The position numbers and the translations under genes are program-made. From Kudoa neothunni (taxonomy: Eukaryota; Animalia; Cnidaria): a stretch of 64,000 bases of DNA. Below are positions 12,101-25,012 of this stretch, in pieces. Within the stretch, counting starts at the first letter, position 1. Each line of letters opens with the position of its first letter. The notes beneath the pieces were generated by a model. The model searched no databases and was not told the origin of the DNA. It was given only the letters and a program-made list of their open reading frames with translations. The stretch covers positions 12,405,843 through 12,469,842 of the forward strand of contig OZ199838.1 of the NCBI GenBank assembly GCA_964304625.1. The letters are read 5' to 3'.

Positions 12101-13751
12101 TCCGTCATCATTTACATTTACGTTTATGATAATTTATTTCTTGCCTTTGGTTGAAAATGCTCATTTAAAATAATACGGTTTTTTAATTTAGCTAAAACAA
12201 GCAAACTCCTTTTTGAGGAAGATGGATTCGAATTCTGTTGCAATCTCATCAACAAATATACCATAGCTCCCTTCGATGACAAACTTTTGGCTAAAATATG
12301 TGATATTAGCGTGCTTATAACATTAAATGGTAAAGAATTTCCTGCTTTTTTTTTGCAAAATAAAATTCTTTGTTATATAGATGAGGTGGGTGACTTGATT
12401 TTTATCGATAAAAAACGACTGGAAGAGATCAAAACATTGTTGACCTCCAGTAACAATTGTGTCAGTAGTAGTGCGGCGTTAATTGTTGGAAATTTGTGTC
12501 GTTCTGGTATACTCAATAAAATTTACCCAGTGATTAACATGCTTTTTAGCTGATCGAAGTGAATATTTTGTTGAACACGGTTATCATAACATTGTTATTA
12601 GTAACATGTTGAAAGTGCTTCCACATGTTGCTGATGTAGTTTTTATTTCTCAGATAATTTATTCTAATAAAAATTAAGACTCCAAAACATGTTGATTATA
12701 TACTGGCAGACATGAGTTGCTTAAAGAATTTTCTTGTTCCGGGTAAGGTGTTTTTTGCGTTTCGAACTTTACCTCGAATCTTTGTTGCTCATGTTTGATT
12801 GACCTAAATGCGATTTTGTCAATATAGTGAAATGTCGTCAAAATGCGATCACTTCTTCAAATATTGAAGAAACGCTGCGGTGTTTCGAACAGATTTTTCT
12901 TCAAGATAATAAACTACTTGTTGTAAAAGCATATGTAGTTCTTCGTATGGTTATCAGTTGTAATGCTGGTAATATTGTTGTGGAAATGTGCTTTTTGCCA
13001 GTTATAACGGCCGTTGTATTGTAGCTGGTATTTGCAAGAAAGTTCTAGATTCCCCTTCAATAATGAATTGTATTAAACGAGATTGCTTGGTCGATAGCGC
13101 GCTTGGAGTAAATATTGAATCGCTTAGGGTTGTACTTACTCTTGCTGTCCATTGTGATAACGAGTGTATTCAAAATAAGCACTGCGATAATAGTTGATTG
13201 TAATTTTTGTTGTTGTAGTGCTCATTCCTCAAATATTCAACAAAGATCTATTCCAATCTATTGCGAGAAATAACGCTCCTCCTAACAACCAACTTTTTAT
13301 TGACTTTTCCAATATTTTTAATGTGATTGTCTCCAAGAAACATTTAGGTATATGCTTGTTTGTTAATGATGGTTTCCAACGTTAACTCGAATTTTATTGT
13401 CCCATCATCTAGATATGCTCCCTATCGTTGCTGAGAGCGAAATACTATCAAATCTCAAAAATACACTGGTTGAAAGTAAAAATGGTGTCCCATTTCCTTT
13501 TCTCGTTTCTACTATTACTACATTTCTGCTTGCACTCCGAACAAGTACCATTCTTCCCACAATCCATCATTGTTTCATTAATGGTGGTTTTGAGTAAAAT
13601 TGTTGTAGATTTTAAAGACCAATTTTATCAACAAATCAAGGGTATTGACCTTCTGGATACTCTTCAATTTTATACCAGATTTAATCATCCTGTTGTTATC
13701 CAATTGACTACACAACTCAGAAATGCCTTGAATGAATGCTCACAATCCTAA
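6151..13751 (+). CDS. RAP1GDS1: SmgGDS / Rap1 GTPase-GDP dissociation stimulator 1 (armadillo repeats), multi-exon, with a 4.6-kb intron 7590-12191
   Basis: All exons join in phase through GT-AG introns. Motifs ICDISVLITLND, AALIVGNLCRS and MSCLKNFLVPV correspond to SmgGDS ASDLMVLLLLGD, GALAIANFARN and LSALRNLAIPV. Confidence 0.85.
9073..9096. repeat. (TG)n microsatellite
   Basis: Direct reading. Confidence 0.9.
9291..10198. mobile_element. piggyBac-type non-autonomous element nested in the hAT
   Basis: TTAA-CCTTCTAAATAA ... TACTTAGAAGG-CTAA ends, with the subterminal palindrome GGGTAGATTTCTACCC near both ends. Absent from the sister hAT at 33055. Confidence 0.7.
10441..11747 (-). mobile_element. 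full-length mariner element (1307 bp) with a frameshifted DD34D transposase (10510-11553)
   Basis: TA-flanked ~35-bp TIRs (CACGGGTGATCAAAAAGTATCGAGACTTTTTAAATA). Motifs FVPRVL, TGDETW, HHDN and YSPDLAPCDFFLF are split over three frames. Confidence 0.95.
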
Positions 13752-14100
13752 CCACTATAGATATATTGTATGGTGTCATTTATTAATGTAATTCGATCGA
13801 CCTTTTATTAAGGAATGCTTCCTTCAAATATTTTTTGCTCATAGGTTTTGTCTTGTTTTTATTGCAGTCTGATATTTGTGTATAAGCGCGATTTTTATCC
13901 TCATGAAAATTCAAAATAATTTGGCAATGCATTCCTATTGCATTTGTTTTTGTCTGTGCGTGTGAAGAAACATTCGGCAGATTTTTTGATGTGATTTGAT
14001 TTAGTTTAGTAGAATAGTTAGTTTTATTTTTAAATATATATATATATATATAGATTTCCTATATTTAAAGTTGGACTGCGTTTGTTTTAAGATGAGATAT

Positions 14101-14270
14101 AGGGCGGTAAAATTTAATCCTAAATGGCATGTACGCTGGCGCGGCGACAATTTTTAATCTCACGAGCTGTATACATATTTATTTTGTAGAATCTGCTACA
14201 TTTAATTATTAGGGCGCCCTAATAGAGAAGTGACGGGCTAAAAATAATTAAATATCGTTAAAACTAGCGT
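14101..14270 (+). repeat. dispersed repeat, second copy at about 59383-59570
   Basis: Shared AAATTTAATCCTAAA...GACAATTTTTAA...AAATAATTAA...AAAACTAG. Confidence 0.55.
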
Positions 14271-14340
14271 CACCTGAATATTATTTACCGTGCCAAGAAT
14301 GACTTCCCTATAATAATCCGATGGTCACGCATGCGTCCGT

Positions 14341-14408
14341 TGCAATGATGATATGCGAGAGAATGATGTGCGTGAATACACCTATGATTAATAATCTTCT
14401 CTCTGAGC
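14341..14408 (+). ncRNA. SNORD7: box C/D snoRNA guiding 2'-O-methylation of U6 A47 (mgU6-47 / SNORD7 homologue)
   Basis: C box ATGATGA at 14345-14351 and D box CTGA at 14403-14406. The 11-nt guide TAATCTTCTCT is perfectly complementary to U6 AGAGAAGAUUA. The D+5 rule gives A47 (human numbering). Confidence 0.85.
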
Positions 14409-17316
14409 GTTCTTATACACATAACAATAATGAGTTTGTATTATTAGAAACAGTGGAATAACCTAGGAGTTAGACATCCACTCTAGTCATTGCTCGAATC
14501 AATTCTTGACATTATCAAACAGACTCTTCATTTTTTTACCTCGAATAAAATTCATTTATATGCTTAGCAAAAATTCCCCTATCATTCTGAGTGTTAGAAT
14601 TCTATATTAGTAAGTGATGATGTCGTTGACAGTATTAAAGTGAAATCTGCGCAACAAAATAACCTGCTTTGACTGTATTTTTGTAAAATATTAAGCACGT
14701 AACTATTCTTATCATTTTTATGCAGTGATATGGGTATAACTCTACTAATGTAGGTGATTCGATTTCGATCTACTTTGTTATCACGGGAAGAAACACAAAC
14801 CTCGGACCTAGTCAGTCCTTAAATTAAATTTTATTTGCCCTGCGATGGATAATGAATTAGTAAAAATTATTGAAGTACTTTTAGGTTTTCAGAACTATTA
14901 AATTTCACCAGGAATATGGACCCGAGCTTTGTTATTTTGTCTCTCGACTCGAGAAGTAAATGTACCGATACAATATAACAACTTTAGAAGTTTAACTAGC
15001 TAGTTTCGAACGTAATTTTTATTCTTGCCTTATAGCACCTTAATAAATAAGAATGGATAATTAATTTCTCATTCTATGCATAAACAAAATTCGGGCCTTT
15101 ACTAAAGAGTGCAGAGAGATATGCCAGGAAAAATTTCTTTTTAAATGTTTTGTCGAGGTTAATTTTTTAAATCTACTTAATTCGATAGTTGCGATAAATT
15201 TTAAATGATTTAGGTCAAAAAATTCGTTAGCATTATTTAAGTTGGGGAAAAAGCTATTTTATTTATGATGTTGTTGTTACCTAGTATTTTGTGGGAAAAA
15301 AATAGAACAAAATAAAGAGATCTATATTTTATAGTGTATTAAATATACAAACTAGACAGGGAATCAACTTTGAATCTACTAAATAAAAATAAGCTTTGAT
15401 TTATTATCCTTTTATGTCTTTTGTAATCATACGGCTATCCTGTATAATTATATTAAAAAATTATATATTAACAATTATTGTAATTATTTTTATATTTATT
15501 ATAAATAAAATAAAAATAATTTCAAAACAGTTTTTATGTAAAACATAATAGCATATAATTACACAACGAAAATAATTATATATCATATACATTCATTATA
15601 ATTTATAATGAATACAATCTTAATGTCGAAATGTGTATAATTCCTTCAAATAATCACAAAGAACGGTTTTTAAAAATTGTTTCCATAGTTTAACCTAAGA
15701 AAAAATATTTATTTTATGTAAATCATTCTTATTTTTGACATTTTACTCCAAAATATTCAGGAAATAAATTTCAATAACCCTTACTTAGTGCAACGCTTAT
15801 GTCACAAATTTTAACGTCCTTTTAAACGGAAATTTGTAGGACAAAATTTTAATTTTTTATTTAAGTTTCAGATAAAATTGAATAATATTAATATCTTTTA
15901 AACTAAATATTACACTTCTTTGATTTATAATAATCTTTTATAATGGAAAACAGAAAAGTCAATCTGATCTTTATAAGATAATGCATTATTGATTAATTCA
16001 TCACATTATGTTTTATCATACCTGGTAATGCTATGATTCTGTATCCCAACTTGATGTTCTATCTTTTATATTCTGCTGTGAAAAATATAGTAGAATTTCT
16101 CATTTTGAATCAAAAATATGTTATTAATACATTATTTTATACATGTATGAGAATTTATTAATAAGCCGCTTATGTAACTTGACTCACTCTTAGTTGACTT
16201 TCTGTATTATTCTAAGATAAACACTGATTGGTAAATACAATAGGTGCCCACGACCCATCATGACACATGCCAACAAAGCGAAATTTTAATGTGGCTCTTG
16301 CAATTTAGTCTCTCTTATTTATCGCTATATTTGCATTTATATTCAAAACTATATAAATAAAAAGAAATTTTTTATAACAATGAAGTAAAGGTTAAATGCG
16401 ATTAATCTAGTCCATCCTTGACTTTAATTTGTATAACCAAACCATTTAGGCAATGTAGTGATAATACTAATGATTTCTATCAACAAGAATTTAAAAAAAT
16501 GCAATTCAAACATCCAATTTTATTACAATCAAAATTATTTTTTATTTTAATCATAAGGTTTGGACGACTTTAAATATAAACATACAGGAAGCCTCCTTAA
16601 TGAATCATTATATCTTGACGAAGTGTTGCGTAACAAATAAATTATTTCCTGTGCTCAAGAGAAGTAGGAGTAAGAATTAATAATCAAGATAAATTTCATA
16701 TATATTGATATGCATAATTTCATAAAATTAATTAATATACTCAATAAAATTTAACTAAATGTTTTTATCATACTTATTCGTTGGATTTTGCTTTGAAAAG
16801 TTATTAATATTTTACTGGTAAAACTCTGACTTTCTTGAGTCGTAAATCGTCGTTTCTAGATCTATGACCGTAGATAACATTTGATATTTTCGTTTTCTGA
16901 AAAATTTGTACATTTTGTTAAAATAAATTAGATCATCATTCATAGAAAGAGTAAATTTTTTGAATTTTTTGTGATTATTTGTAATTTTCATTCCATTATG
17001 AAACTTCATAACGGGTTCTTTATAACCTGAAATCTTATTTAAAGAGGATAAGGATTTTAAATTCAAATAATTGAGAATTTTAGTTTTCCTGTTTTTCCCA
17101 TTCGATATTCTTTTATAATATGGCATTATATCCATTTTATCTTTCAAAGAATGAAGCTTCTTGGTTCTCTTCAAGTGTCCACGGGTCGTAAATTTGAGCT
17201 AATTCCTAGTTCCAGTGAATTAAAATAAAAACTGAGGTTTTAATAATTTATAATAATTGTTATGCTTTTATTCAATTCACTTAATTAGTAGCAGTATTGT
17301 GTAAGTCATTAAATCA

Positions 17317-17408
17317 TGGCGGGTGCTCCTAAGTGACAGTGCGCAGGAGCCATCACCTACTGTAGTTAGGATCAGGAAGGTACGCTCTACCACATTAACT
17401 AAGCGATA
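17317..17408 (-). repeat. GC-rich island with a tRNA A-box-like head, possible second SINE fragment
   Basis: Reverse complement GCTTAGTTAATGTGGTAGAGCGT. No clear B box or cloverleaf. Confidence 0.25.
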
Positions 17409-18139
17409 TCACATTAAAGGAATCCTATGATGTTTAATTGTCCTTTTATTTTATTATTCAGGAATAATTTAATTTCTTAATTTAAAAAATAAATTAAGTG
17501 ATTTTATTAAATATTATTAATTATAAAATTTTGATAATATTTCAAGTAACAAATATCTAGCCGGTAATTGTAAAATAATATATTGGATCATTATTTTATG
17601 TCTAATCCTCATTTTTAACAAATTTATTTATTTGTTCACTTTAGTTCCCATTAAAAAAACTAATTAATATAAGTTATATATTTCTACATTATTAATAACT
17701 CGCTTTCTCAAATCAAATTCAATATAACTTTTGTATTATCCAAAAACAATAACCTTATTCTTGTCTAAACATTAAGCTAGGGCATATTAACCAAATATCC
17801 ATTTTTTGAAACAAACATTTACGTTGACAAAATCAAAAAATTAAATTAACTAGAAAAAAAGGAATTAAGATATTTTATTAAAAAACTCAATCAAGATCAT
17901 CTCTAAAAAAATTTAATTGCCTTTATTTTATATTAACAAATAAAATTTTGTTGGAGCTAGGGCTTAACAATATTTTAGATAATACAATTTTTCCTAAAAT
18001 TAATACAATTAATTTACAATATACGAAAACGTAATCTATTTGGACAATTATGAAATAATTAAAGTAGGACTTTATATATAAGAAATGTTTCAACTCAATT
18101 AACAAGAATACGATAGAAATAAAATTATAAATGTAGGTA

Positions 18140-18721
18140 TTAACCCTCTAAGGTATCAGAAAACGAACTACCTCCAAAGATTGTGGGTTGAAATTCATCC
18201 TGTATTATTTTAAAATAAATTTAAACAAAAAATTGTTATAAATTTATTCCTATAACAGTATGTGGTTTTACGCATTATATTCAGAGAAAAAAGTGTCATT
18301 ACTCACATTACTAATCCTCATAAAACCTTATACGGCATAAGTCATAATTCACCCATTCTTCGGTAACGCACAAAGGAAAAAAATGTAACTGTTATGTATT
18401 TTATTTTAATCCCTAACTTAATTTACTTTTTTTAACATAATGAGTTTATATAGAATTCATTTTGAACAATAAATACATTTCTTGAATGAATAATTAAGTA
18501 AAAATTATGCTGGAGTGAATTTCATTCCAAAATCTTTGGAGGGTGTTTTTTATTTTTGAATTACTTCCTACATTTTTTAAAACCTAAACACTCACAACTT
18601 TTACTTAAAATAAATTTATAGGTATAGCGATATTTTCATACGCAATAAAAAACAATGAAGAATATATGATAGGATTAAAATTTGTTTGGGATGAATTTCA
18701 TCCCAAAATCCTTAGAGTTAA
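18140..18721. mobile_element. piggyBac-type MITE with TTAA TSD
   Basis: TTAA-CCCTCTAAGG ... CCTTAGAG-TTAA, plus inverted subterminal repeats at 18171-18200, 18512-18542 and 18688-18717. Confidence 0.8.
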
Positions 18722-20773
18722 AGAATGGGGCTGACAACATCGCCTCTACAGCCGCGAAGGAACATTCCATCTTAACCAATCGTTTGTGTCGGCGATATTT
18801 GGTTCAAAGGTTTCTATCAATGGTCCATTGTCAATTACTCTAGCACTTTCTTTTCTCTAATAAAATATAATTACTTAAGAGATTGGGCTTAATTTTTTAA
18901 ATATCAGTGATTTCTTTCTTCCTCAAATTATATGTAGATTTGAAACTAAAAAATAAATACTTTTGGCATTGAATGATGAGGCATAAGACACTAAACAATG
19001 TTTATAAATATGTTTTGTGGTGATTACGTATTGACCAATGAGGAACATTATGGTGGAAATTATCAAAATTCGCTTTATGAATTCAGTTTTGTAAAATGCC
19101 ATATTCGCAAAAATTATAGAACTTGAAATATCAATTATTACATCTCGTATAAATAAAGGTACTACACAACGAGCGTAAAATTCATTGATTATAAAAGTTG
19201 GACACCAAATAATAAGATGAGATAAAGTTTATATTCTTTCCAAACAATTATATTTCCCTCGACCTAATCATTGCTTACTATAATTTTGAGTAAATTAGCG
19301 GCCAATTTAACCAGTTTAAAATAATAATGTTTATTTAATTAGGATCCATATAGAAATATAAGTGGTTTTATTTTGATTAGTTATCATTACTATCTCTAAG
19401 AGAACAATACCACATTTTATTTTCGTTTTATCTTCATAATAATTATATAGGAATTATAAACATACAAATGGATGTATGATCAAGTATAACATACGTTATC
19501 TATCAATACTGAATATATATCATATCGATGAAATTGTCCAGAACAAATTCTTCCATAAATCCCCTATTCACAGATAAAAGAATAATTATTTTCCTATGAA
19601 TAATAGTATTATTTTCAAGTGATAACTAAACAACCAATTATATACCAAAATTTATTAAAATTTTCGTTAATTTATAAAATAGTTGCTATAGTGAAATATA
19701 TTATAAAACCAACTAGCGATTAGCAAGCCACTCCTACACTGGCTTTAATCCTGGGGTTGGCAACGACAGGCCGGGAGCTTTCCTCATCCGGTCCGCGAGG
19801 ATGGGTTAATAATAAAGTTAAATTGTTTTTTGATCGGACGGAAATTGTATTATTTACCATATTTTCATAATCAATCCTTTCAGCGCATAAGGACGCTTAA
19901 TAGCAATATAAGCAATGTTAATGAAATATTATCTCTCGTTTTCTAAATATAAATGTGTAGAAAACAAAATAAATCTCAAAATACTCCCCTAATCAGATTT
20001 CTCATTTATTTTTACTTATTGTATGATATTAGTCTTATATTGACGAGTGGAAACCTTTAACTATCGTTTTTAAATATTTTGAATCATCATTTAATTATAT
20101 GAAATATTAAATCCAATATAAATAAAATAGGTAAGTTTTGAATGAATAATTGTATAAAAATAACTATTCTCCCCTAAAAATATGCCAAGCGTTAGATATT
20201 ATTTTCTGGAATTGTAATGGAAATGTATTATTTTAAAGATCAAAATATAAATTTACCACGCTAATTTTCAACTGTATTGTGAAAAATTCATTACATCGAA
20301 AGGATTTATATATATTCTGGCCCTCCTTCTAGGTCAGCATGACAATCAGGCTCGACAATCTAATCGGGTTGTCGACCCCTGCTTTAATCTAATAAAAATG
20401 AATAAAAATGTTTAATTAATTCTACTACAATAAGAGGATATTTAAAACATTAAAACCCATTCTGATAAAAGATATTATTTTATATAAAGTTGGATTTTTT
20501 TGAACCAATTCTATTATTCCTTGATATATTGATAAATTAGGCTGGCTATGCTTCATATCCAGCGTGAAATTTTCTTGGGATATTGACATGAAACGAACAG
20601 CGATTTATATTTGTTGTAAAATTAAATATTATTTTCACGACTACAACAAATATTGAGATATTGGTTGTAAAATAAACGCACTGGAAAATGTAATATAGAA
20701 TATTAGAAAACAATTAACACACTTAGATGTAAGCTATTAATAATTGTTCTATTTTCAAAAACGAAATTTTTAT

Positions 20774-23700
20774 CTAAGAATTAAAAACATGAGATGATGA
20801 TTGGTTTGGACTCTTCCAGTTTTTGTAGGAAAGTATCGCTAGTAGTGAGAAAACGGAGAGACCAACTACGCTGACACCGATTGGTATATGGCTAAATTGT
20901 ATAAAAATAATATCATTTTAATTTTTACTTGTTTGAATTTTTACTCCTAAAACACATAAAAAATTTAACACAAATAAAAGCATGCTTACGCTGAAATATT
21001 TTCATCTAGTAATAAATTAGATTATGGTTAATTTAAGTTATTGATTTACCTTCTATGTCAATTTCGCCGCTTATTGAACTGAATTTCTGATGTTTGACGA
21101 CAAGTCTAAGACTGTTTGTTGCTGGAACGTTACGAATAACAAATTTATTGCAATTTGGAAATCCATCTGAGCAACCATAATCATCATCTTCTGAACATTC
21201 CAAGTGGAACGAAGGATTGGGGTTGATTTCATAAAGCTCAAAGGTACACTTAGGGTCCTCATCTAGCGAAGGAGGTAAAACGCTTGTGATTGTTAATGTT
21301 AGGCCAACTCTCTCCACTTTTAGCGATATTCTTTGAGCTATTGGAACGATTTTAAAGCATTCAACAATTACGCTTTTTATTTTACTGGTCGCTATTTCAG
21401 GGGGTTCCATATCATCTTTTTGAGTGGGGGGTCTTATTGTAGTTTCTGTTGCGGTGACTATGGGTGGATCATTATTTGGTGCTTGTTGAATAGTATCAGA
21501 GTTCACATCTGTATTGACAACTTTAGCTGCACGTTCATATCCAGTAACCTCTTGAGGTGAGTGCTTATTTACTGGCTCAGGATTATCGTTAATTTTGTAG
21601 ACATTAGGTTGGTCATCTTCACTCGTGCTTGGTTTAGGCCCATCGTTTCTAACCTCATGAGATGCTGGAGGCGGAACTGTCTGGAAATCACTAGTTACCG
21701 TTTGTGACTGCTTATTTTCATTATTAGAAATTTTATCAGTCGCACTGCTTCTGTTCTTATCATTTGCATCGATTTCAAGATTGGTTCCAGTTTCTTTTTG
21801 AGTATCCATTGGTGGCACCGTAATGGATTCTATTTCTTCAATAGTATCTATTCCCAAAATATTCAAAGGGTCGAAAAAGCTTCCATAGATATTTTTAGGA
21901 GGCTGTAATGTTGTAGAAATAACGTCACTATCATCGTCGGTATCGTCTCCATTATCATTATCACTCTCAGTATTATCCTCGTTAGAAATAAAATCATTGT
22001 AATAACCATCTTTATCGTTTCTTTCAGTGTCTGATACCACATCTTTCTGGTTATCAGCTGTTGACAACGATCTGGTATTGTCATGGTTTGACTGAGGTGG
22101 AATTTCATAGGTAATTTCATCAGTGATGTCCATTGCATCAATTCTTAATCTATAACTCTTAGTGAAGTCTTGTGTATCTTCAATTAGGATTTCATTATCG
22201 CAATAAACATAGCATTCTATCGTTTGGCCTCCATAACGATCTCTGCAAGAATGGAGTGGTAGGAAGTGATCCCCTTCCGAAATTTCCAATACGTACCTAC
22301 ATATGGAATCTTTTATGTATGTGCTTAATTGAATATTAATATAGATTTTATCGTCTCTATAGGTGTGAGAAATTTCAAAATTAATTTTACCTACATATAC
22401 ATATATAATATTAAATAATATACGGTTTAAATGAGGCTACCAGCTTTTAATGTAGCGTGAAAGGGTCTGTATATTTTTAGAGGGGTTATTCGTATGTCAT
22501 ACATGGTGTCTTTTTGTAAATTTTCTAGAACAACCGAATCTTTACATAACCCCCTACAGGGCGTGATGTTGTTGCATGATGCTCCGTAATATGAGTTTCC
22601 ATTAGACGGTTTTACCTCATAAATACATGATAATTCACTCAACTTTTGTCCTACATGTTGATATCGATTCACTATAATCTCAAAACCATCCTCAGTCGGT
22701 GTCACACGTTCAAATTCAATAGGGAAATTTAGTTTCCTCTCTATATTAAATATTAGATGATGTAAAGTTATGAGGAAATTACCCCTCTCGAACAAGAATT
22801 GTTGTGAAAACGATTTAGTTACAGGAAGGTGATGTTCTTCGATCTCCAATACCATCGGCCCATCAATCAATAAAATACTCACCCACTGAGTAATTCCACA
22901 TTGGTCTTTACAAAATGTGAAAAAATTATTATCTTGACAAAACGGTTTGTTGGTCGACTGAGGTTTCACATTAGCTGCCGAATAAATCTTCAGTTCGCAT
23001 CTACTGAATTTCAATGTCGAATCTGTCGGCATTAAATCTTGGGTATTCACAACTAAATGATGATTGGTTGCCTCTACTATGATTCCTGAATAACCGTTCT
23101 TTAAAACTAAATTATCATTTAACAAAATAATGATTGGTTTATTCTACCGTAATAAATTTGTGAGTTTCCGTCAACATCTGAGTGCACGTCATGTTGGCGT
23201 GTTTGAATGAGAACGGTTACAATTTCGGACGGTTTTCGGAGCGTTAATGCAACCCTATTACATAGTGAATAACAAAATGAGCCAGAATTATTATTTCCAC
23301 AGTTAGATTCAAACGGGTTGTGTTGGTCGGTGATAAGAGCAGTTTTTATTTTGAACAAACATATTTCTGACGAGTCTCCGTCTCCACCTTGGGCTTCAAA
23401 TACCAGAACATTTTTGTTGGTTTCATTTTTATAACTGGCTGTATATTTCGTGCTGAAAATCTCTATATTTTTTTTCATGTATGCGTTAGGCATAAAATAG
23501 TAAAATTTAGGGAGGTATTCGCATTTGATCCCATAGTATGGTAGAAATGGGTCAAACTTGACAAAACCTCGTAAATTTGGCATTAACGTTTGTAAACTAT
23601 CCTTTCGATTCAGAATCAAATCCTTATAACCCATTGTACATACTTCATCAATTCTGGAATCGATTGAAACATGAAATTCTCCCTTATCGTTTACTTCGGT

Positions 23701-24224
23701 GAATAGACGGGGTGTTCTTAAAACACCTAATCAAAAGATAGAGAATAACGATAAAAATAAAATTGTTACTTTGCTCTAAACCAAAAACATATGCAGTTGG
23801 TTGGTTTGTGTGATCCACAAAATGAACCCCATTCTCCTCTTGAATGAGATTAAAATATGTGCGATCAACAAACATATTTTGGTCAGTAAGAATAACACTT
23901 TTTTTGGAACATTTGATTTCACATAGAGTTTTGCCGTGAAAATCTCCACCTGAGCATTTATTGATATTGATGTACAAACGGGATTTCTGAGAATATGTCA
24001 TAAAACGACATGTTTCTTTTTTTATATCTATGTTGTTTATTGTCAACTTAAAACTTGGCTCAATCCTGTCTTCAAGTTTTTTCACGACTAAAAACTTATC
24101 GCAAGAGATATTGAGTTGGCATATCAAACCTTTAATATACATATATATTTTTTAAAAAAATTGAAATCCTGTAAGTTATACTTATGGAATGAAGCAAATA
24201 CCACCACAGAAATGTATTGTTCAT
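20774..24224 (-). CDS. large type I membrane protein (paralogue A): signal peptide, tandem four-Cys beta-rich domains, ~250-aa acidic S/T/P linker, C-terminal TM
   Basis: Exon 1 MNNTFLWWYLLHSIS|LICQ, then phase-compatible GT-AG joins through the 23684, 23119, 22427 and 21033 ORFs. Last exon HIPIGVSVVGLSVFSLLAILSYKNWK...NS*. Confidence 0.8.
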
Positions 24225-25012
24225 TGTAGTTGTATGAAAATCAATTATACCTTGAGCCACCACATCGATAACTAAATTCGCCTTCGGTCATTTTCCTATC
24301 GAACATTGAACAATCTTAATTAAAGTTATTTTGACCATATATAGCCCAAACTAATTAAAATGATGTTTCATTTAAAGTTGAATAAGTATTGTTTAAAAGT
24401 TTTGATTTTTCTCCCTCTTATCTATCAAACACAATTTCGCTATAATCCGTATAATTTGGGGTATTATTCCAACCATATTTATTTAAAATCTTTAAAATTA
24501 TATTAGATAATTACTGAAATCATATTTAAGTATAATTTCCAATCTTATCAAATATCTATTATAATGATTCCATTATGTAATATCTTGATTTATAATGGCT
24601 CATCGCATAAATCTTACCACTGAAAAGTATTTAAAATGTAATCAAATATCTCATACATAAATTTTTAATGAAATTTATATAATCAAAGCTATAGTTTGGT
24701 GTTTATTTAATTATTCATTTATTAATGATGAAAGTTTCAAACTATTAACTTTTCCTTAAAATTAATAATACAAACACTAATCTATTAAATAAAGCAATAA
24801 TAAATAGATTTTTGATTAAGTTTGTGATAAAAATTGATCTAAATTTAATATTTCATACAATTAGAAGACATTAAAATACTTTGGCATATTTACGAAACAA
24901 AAACAAGATATACACGTGATCAAATAATAATTTCGATGACATTGTTTATGATCGATTAGTCATTCGGGCTAGAAAACGGATTTATTGTAGATGATTAGAT
25001 ATGTAAACAAAT

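Larger units (their letters stand above)
16812..19230 (-). pseudogene. candidate disrupted multi-pass membrane protein gene
   Basis: Hydrophobic open frame ~19228-18925 (RILIISTIMFLIGQYVI). A second frame is restored across the TTAA MITE (MLSAPFFNTYIYNFISIVFLLIELKHFLY). A K-rich ORF lies at 16812-17174. No intact spliced model found. Confidence 0.35.

Noticed and set aside
14614-14672. Second C-box (GTGATGA) as another snoRNA
   Set aside because: No canonical CTGA D box at a suitable distance and no recognisable guide.
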